Below, in pieces: positions 63,031-64,000 of a stretch of DNA of 64,000 nt. The DNA is taken from the NCBI GenBank assembly GCA_963716255.1, contig OY970303.1, positions 4,352,001 through 4,416,000 of the forward strand. Reading direction: 5' to 3'. The notes under the pieces were generated by a model. The model was given only the letters and a program-made list of their open reading frames with translations. It was not told the DNA's origin and did not search any database. The position numbers were made by a program, and so were the translations under genes. Each line of letters starts with the position of its first letter. Position 1 is the first letter of the stretch. This DNA is from an uncultured Gemmatimonadales bacterium. Its GTDB lineage: Bacteria > Gemmatimonadota > Gemmatimonadetes > Longimicrobiales > Longimicrobiaceae.

Positions 63031-63525
63031 ATGACTGCATCCCAGTTGGCAGACGCGCAGCACGAGCGCGCCAACCTCATGTACTGGAACAGCTCCGAGA
63101 CGGTGGACCGCATCGCCGAGCAGCTCGGGATGAGCCGCAACGCCCTGTACCAGTCGGTGCGTCCGGCGCCCGCGGGCGTGGAGTGCCCGGAGTGCGGCGA
63201 GGAGCTGGTGTACCCCAACCGCACCAGCCGTCTCGCGGGCCGCGCCCTCTGCCTGTCCACCGGAAGCACCTACGCGGTGGCGGACCTGCCGCCCGTGGGA
63301 TCGCGGCCGGCGCGGCGGGGCGGAACGCCGCGCCGGGCCGAGGCGGCGGCCGGGTACGAGGGGCGCGACGGGGGCTACGTGGAGGCCGGGCGCGCGGCGC
63401 TGGGCGGGCTGCGCGACGGGCTGGCGGCGGTGGAGCCGGTGCGGGCGGCGCTGATCGGCGGGGCGGCGGTGATGGGGGCGGTGGCGGGCGTCGCGGCGGT
63501 GAGCCTGCTGCGCCGGTACCGCTGA
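63031..63525 (+). CDS. Hypothetical protein with HTH-like segment, CxxC motif and C-terminal TM
   Basis: TVDRIAEQLGMSRNALY, CPECG, hydrophobic C-terminus; GAGG RBS. Confidence 0.68.
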   Translation: MTASQLADAQHERANLMYWNSSETVDRIAEQLGMSRNALYQSVRPAPAGVECPECGEELVYPNRTSRLAGRALCLSTGSTYAVADLPPVGSRPARRGGTPRRAEAAAGYEGRDGGYVEAGRAALGGLRDGLAAVEPVRAALIGGAAVMGAVAGVAAVSLLRRYR

Positions 63526-63568
63526 GTCGGAGGGGGAGGGCAGGGGACCCGCACGCACGGAGACCACG

Positions 63569-63883
63569 GTGGAGAACGCCAGGATCGAGTCGCTGAGGAA
63601 GCTGTCCGAGGAGCGGCCGGACGACCCGCGCCCCCGCTTCGGGCTGGCGCTGGAGTACGAGCGGGCGGGGCGGTGGGAGGAGATGATCGCGGAGCTGCGG
63701 GCGTACCTGGCGCGCACCGACGACGAGGGGAACGCCTACGGGCGCCTGGGGCACGCGCTGCGGGAGCTGGGGCGGGACGAGGAGGCGCGCGAGGCGTACC
63801 GGCAGGGGATCGCGGCGGCCAACCGGCACAGCCACCCCACCATGGCGATGGAGTTCGAGGAGGTGCTGGAGGACATGGGGTGA
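63569..63883 (+). CDS. Small TPR protein
   Basis: RFGLALEY, AYGRLG, AREAYRQGI. Confidence 0.82.
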   Translation: MENARIESLRKLSEERPDDPRPRFGLALEYERAGRWEEMIAELRAYLARTDDEGNAYGRLGHALRELGRDEEAREAYRQGIAAANRHSHPTMAMEFEEVLEDMG

Positions 63884-64000
63884 GGGTTGCCTGCTTGTAG
63901 TCGGATGGCTCGGGTCCAGCGGTGCGGCTGCGAGTCTACTACCGGGACACCCTTTGGCGCCCGCTACGAACTCTCACTGTCTTGGAGGTCGAGTGAGCGG

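Overview
Very GC-rich bacterial chromosomal DNA; the lipoprotein signal style and gene content suggest Gemmatimonadota (Longimicrobium-like), which is inference only. About 55 protein-coding genes: glucan/sugar genes (GH94, GH1, ABC ATPase), a cell-wall-recycling-like block (NamZ, peptide-binding protein, degenerate GH3 fused to a serine hydrolase), signalling genes (REC-GAF-GGDEF, LuxR, PAS kinase), DsbA/VKOR, maeB, four tandem lipoprotein subtilases followed by a sigma-54 activator, a ZU5-like lipoprotein, a TPR protein and an Omp85-like gene, a tightly coupled amidohydrolase-methyltransferase-FAD oxidoreductase operon, and one IS481-family element. No rRNA, tRNA or CRISPR array was seen. 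The most striking non-gene signals are: (1) two dispersed repeat families (A, 7 copies of about 132 bp; B, 4 copies of about 130 bp) whose stems vary only by compensatory changes and which share a GAGCC-stem-AAACWGC-stem-GTCTC module; (2) the IS481 element sitting exactly inside that module in one A copy; (3) two promoters of matching architecture (paired NtrC-type boxes 30 bp apart, then a -24/-12 element) in front of the protease array, plus a third similar site that may drive an unannotated small RNA. All calls are by eye; no database searches were run.
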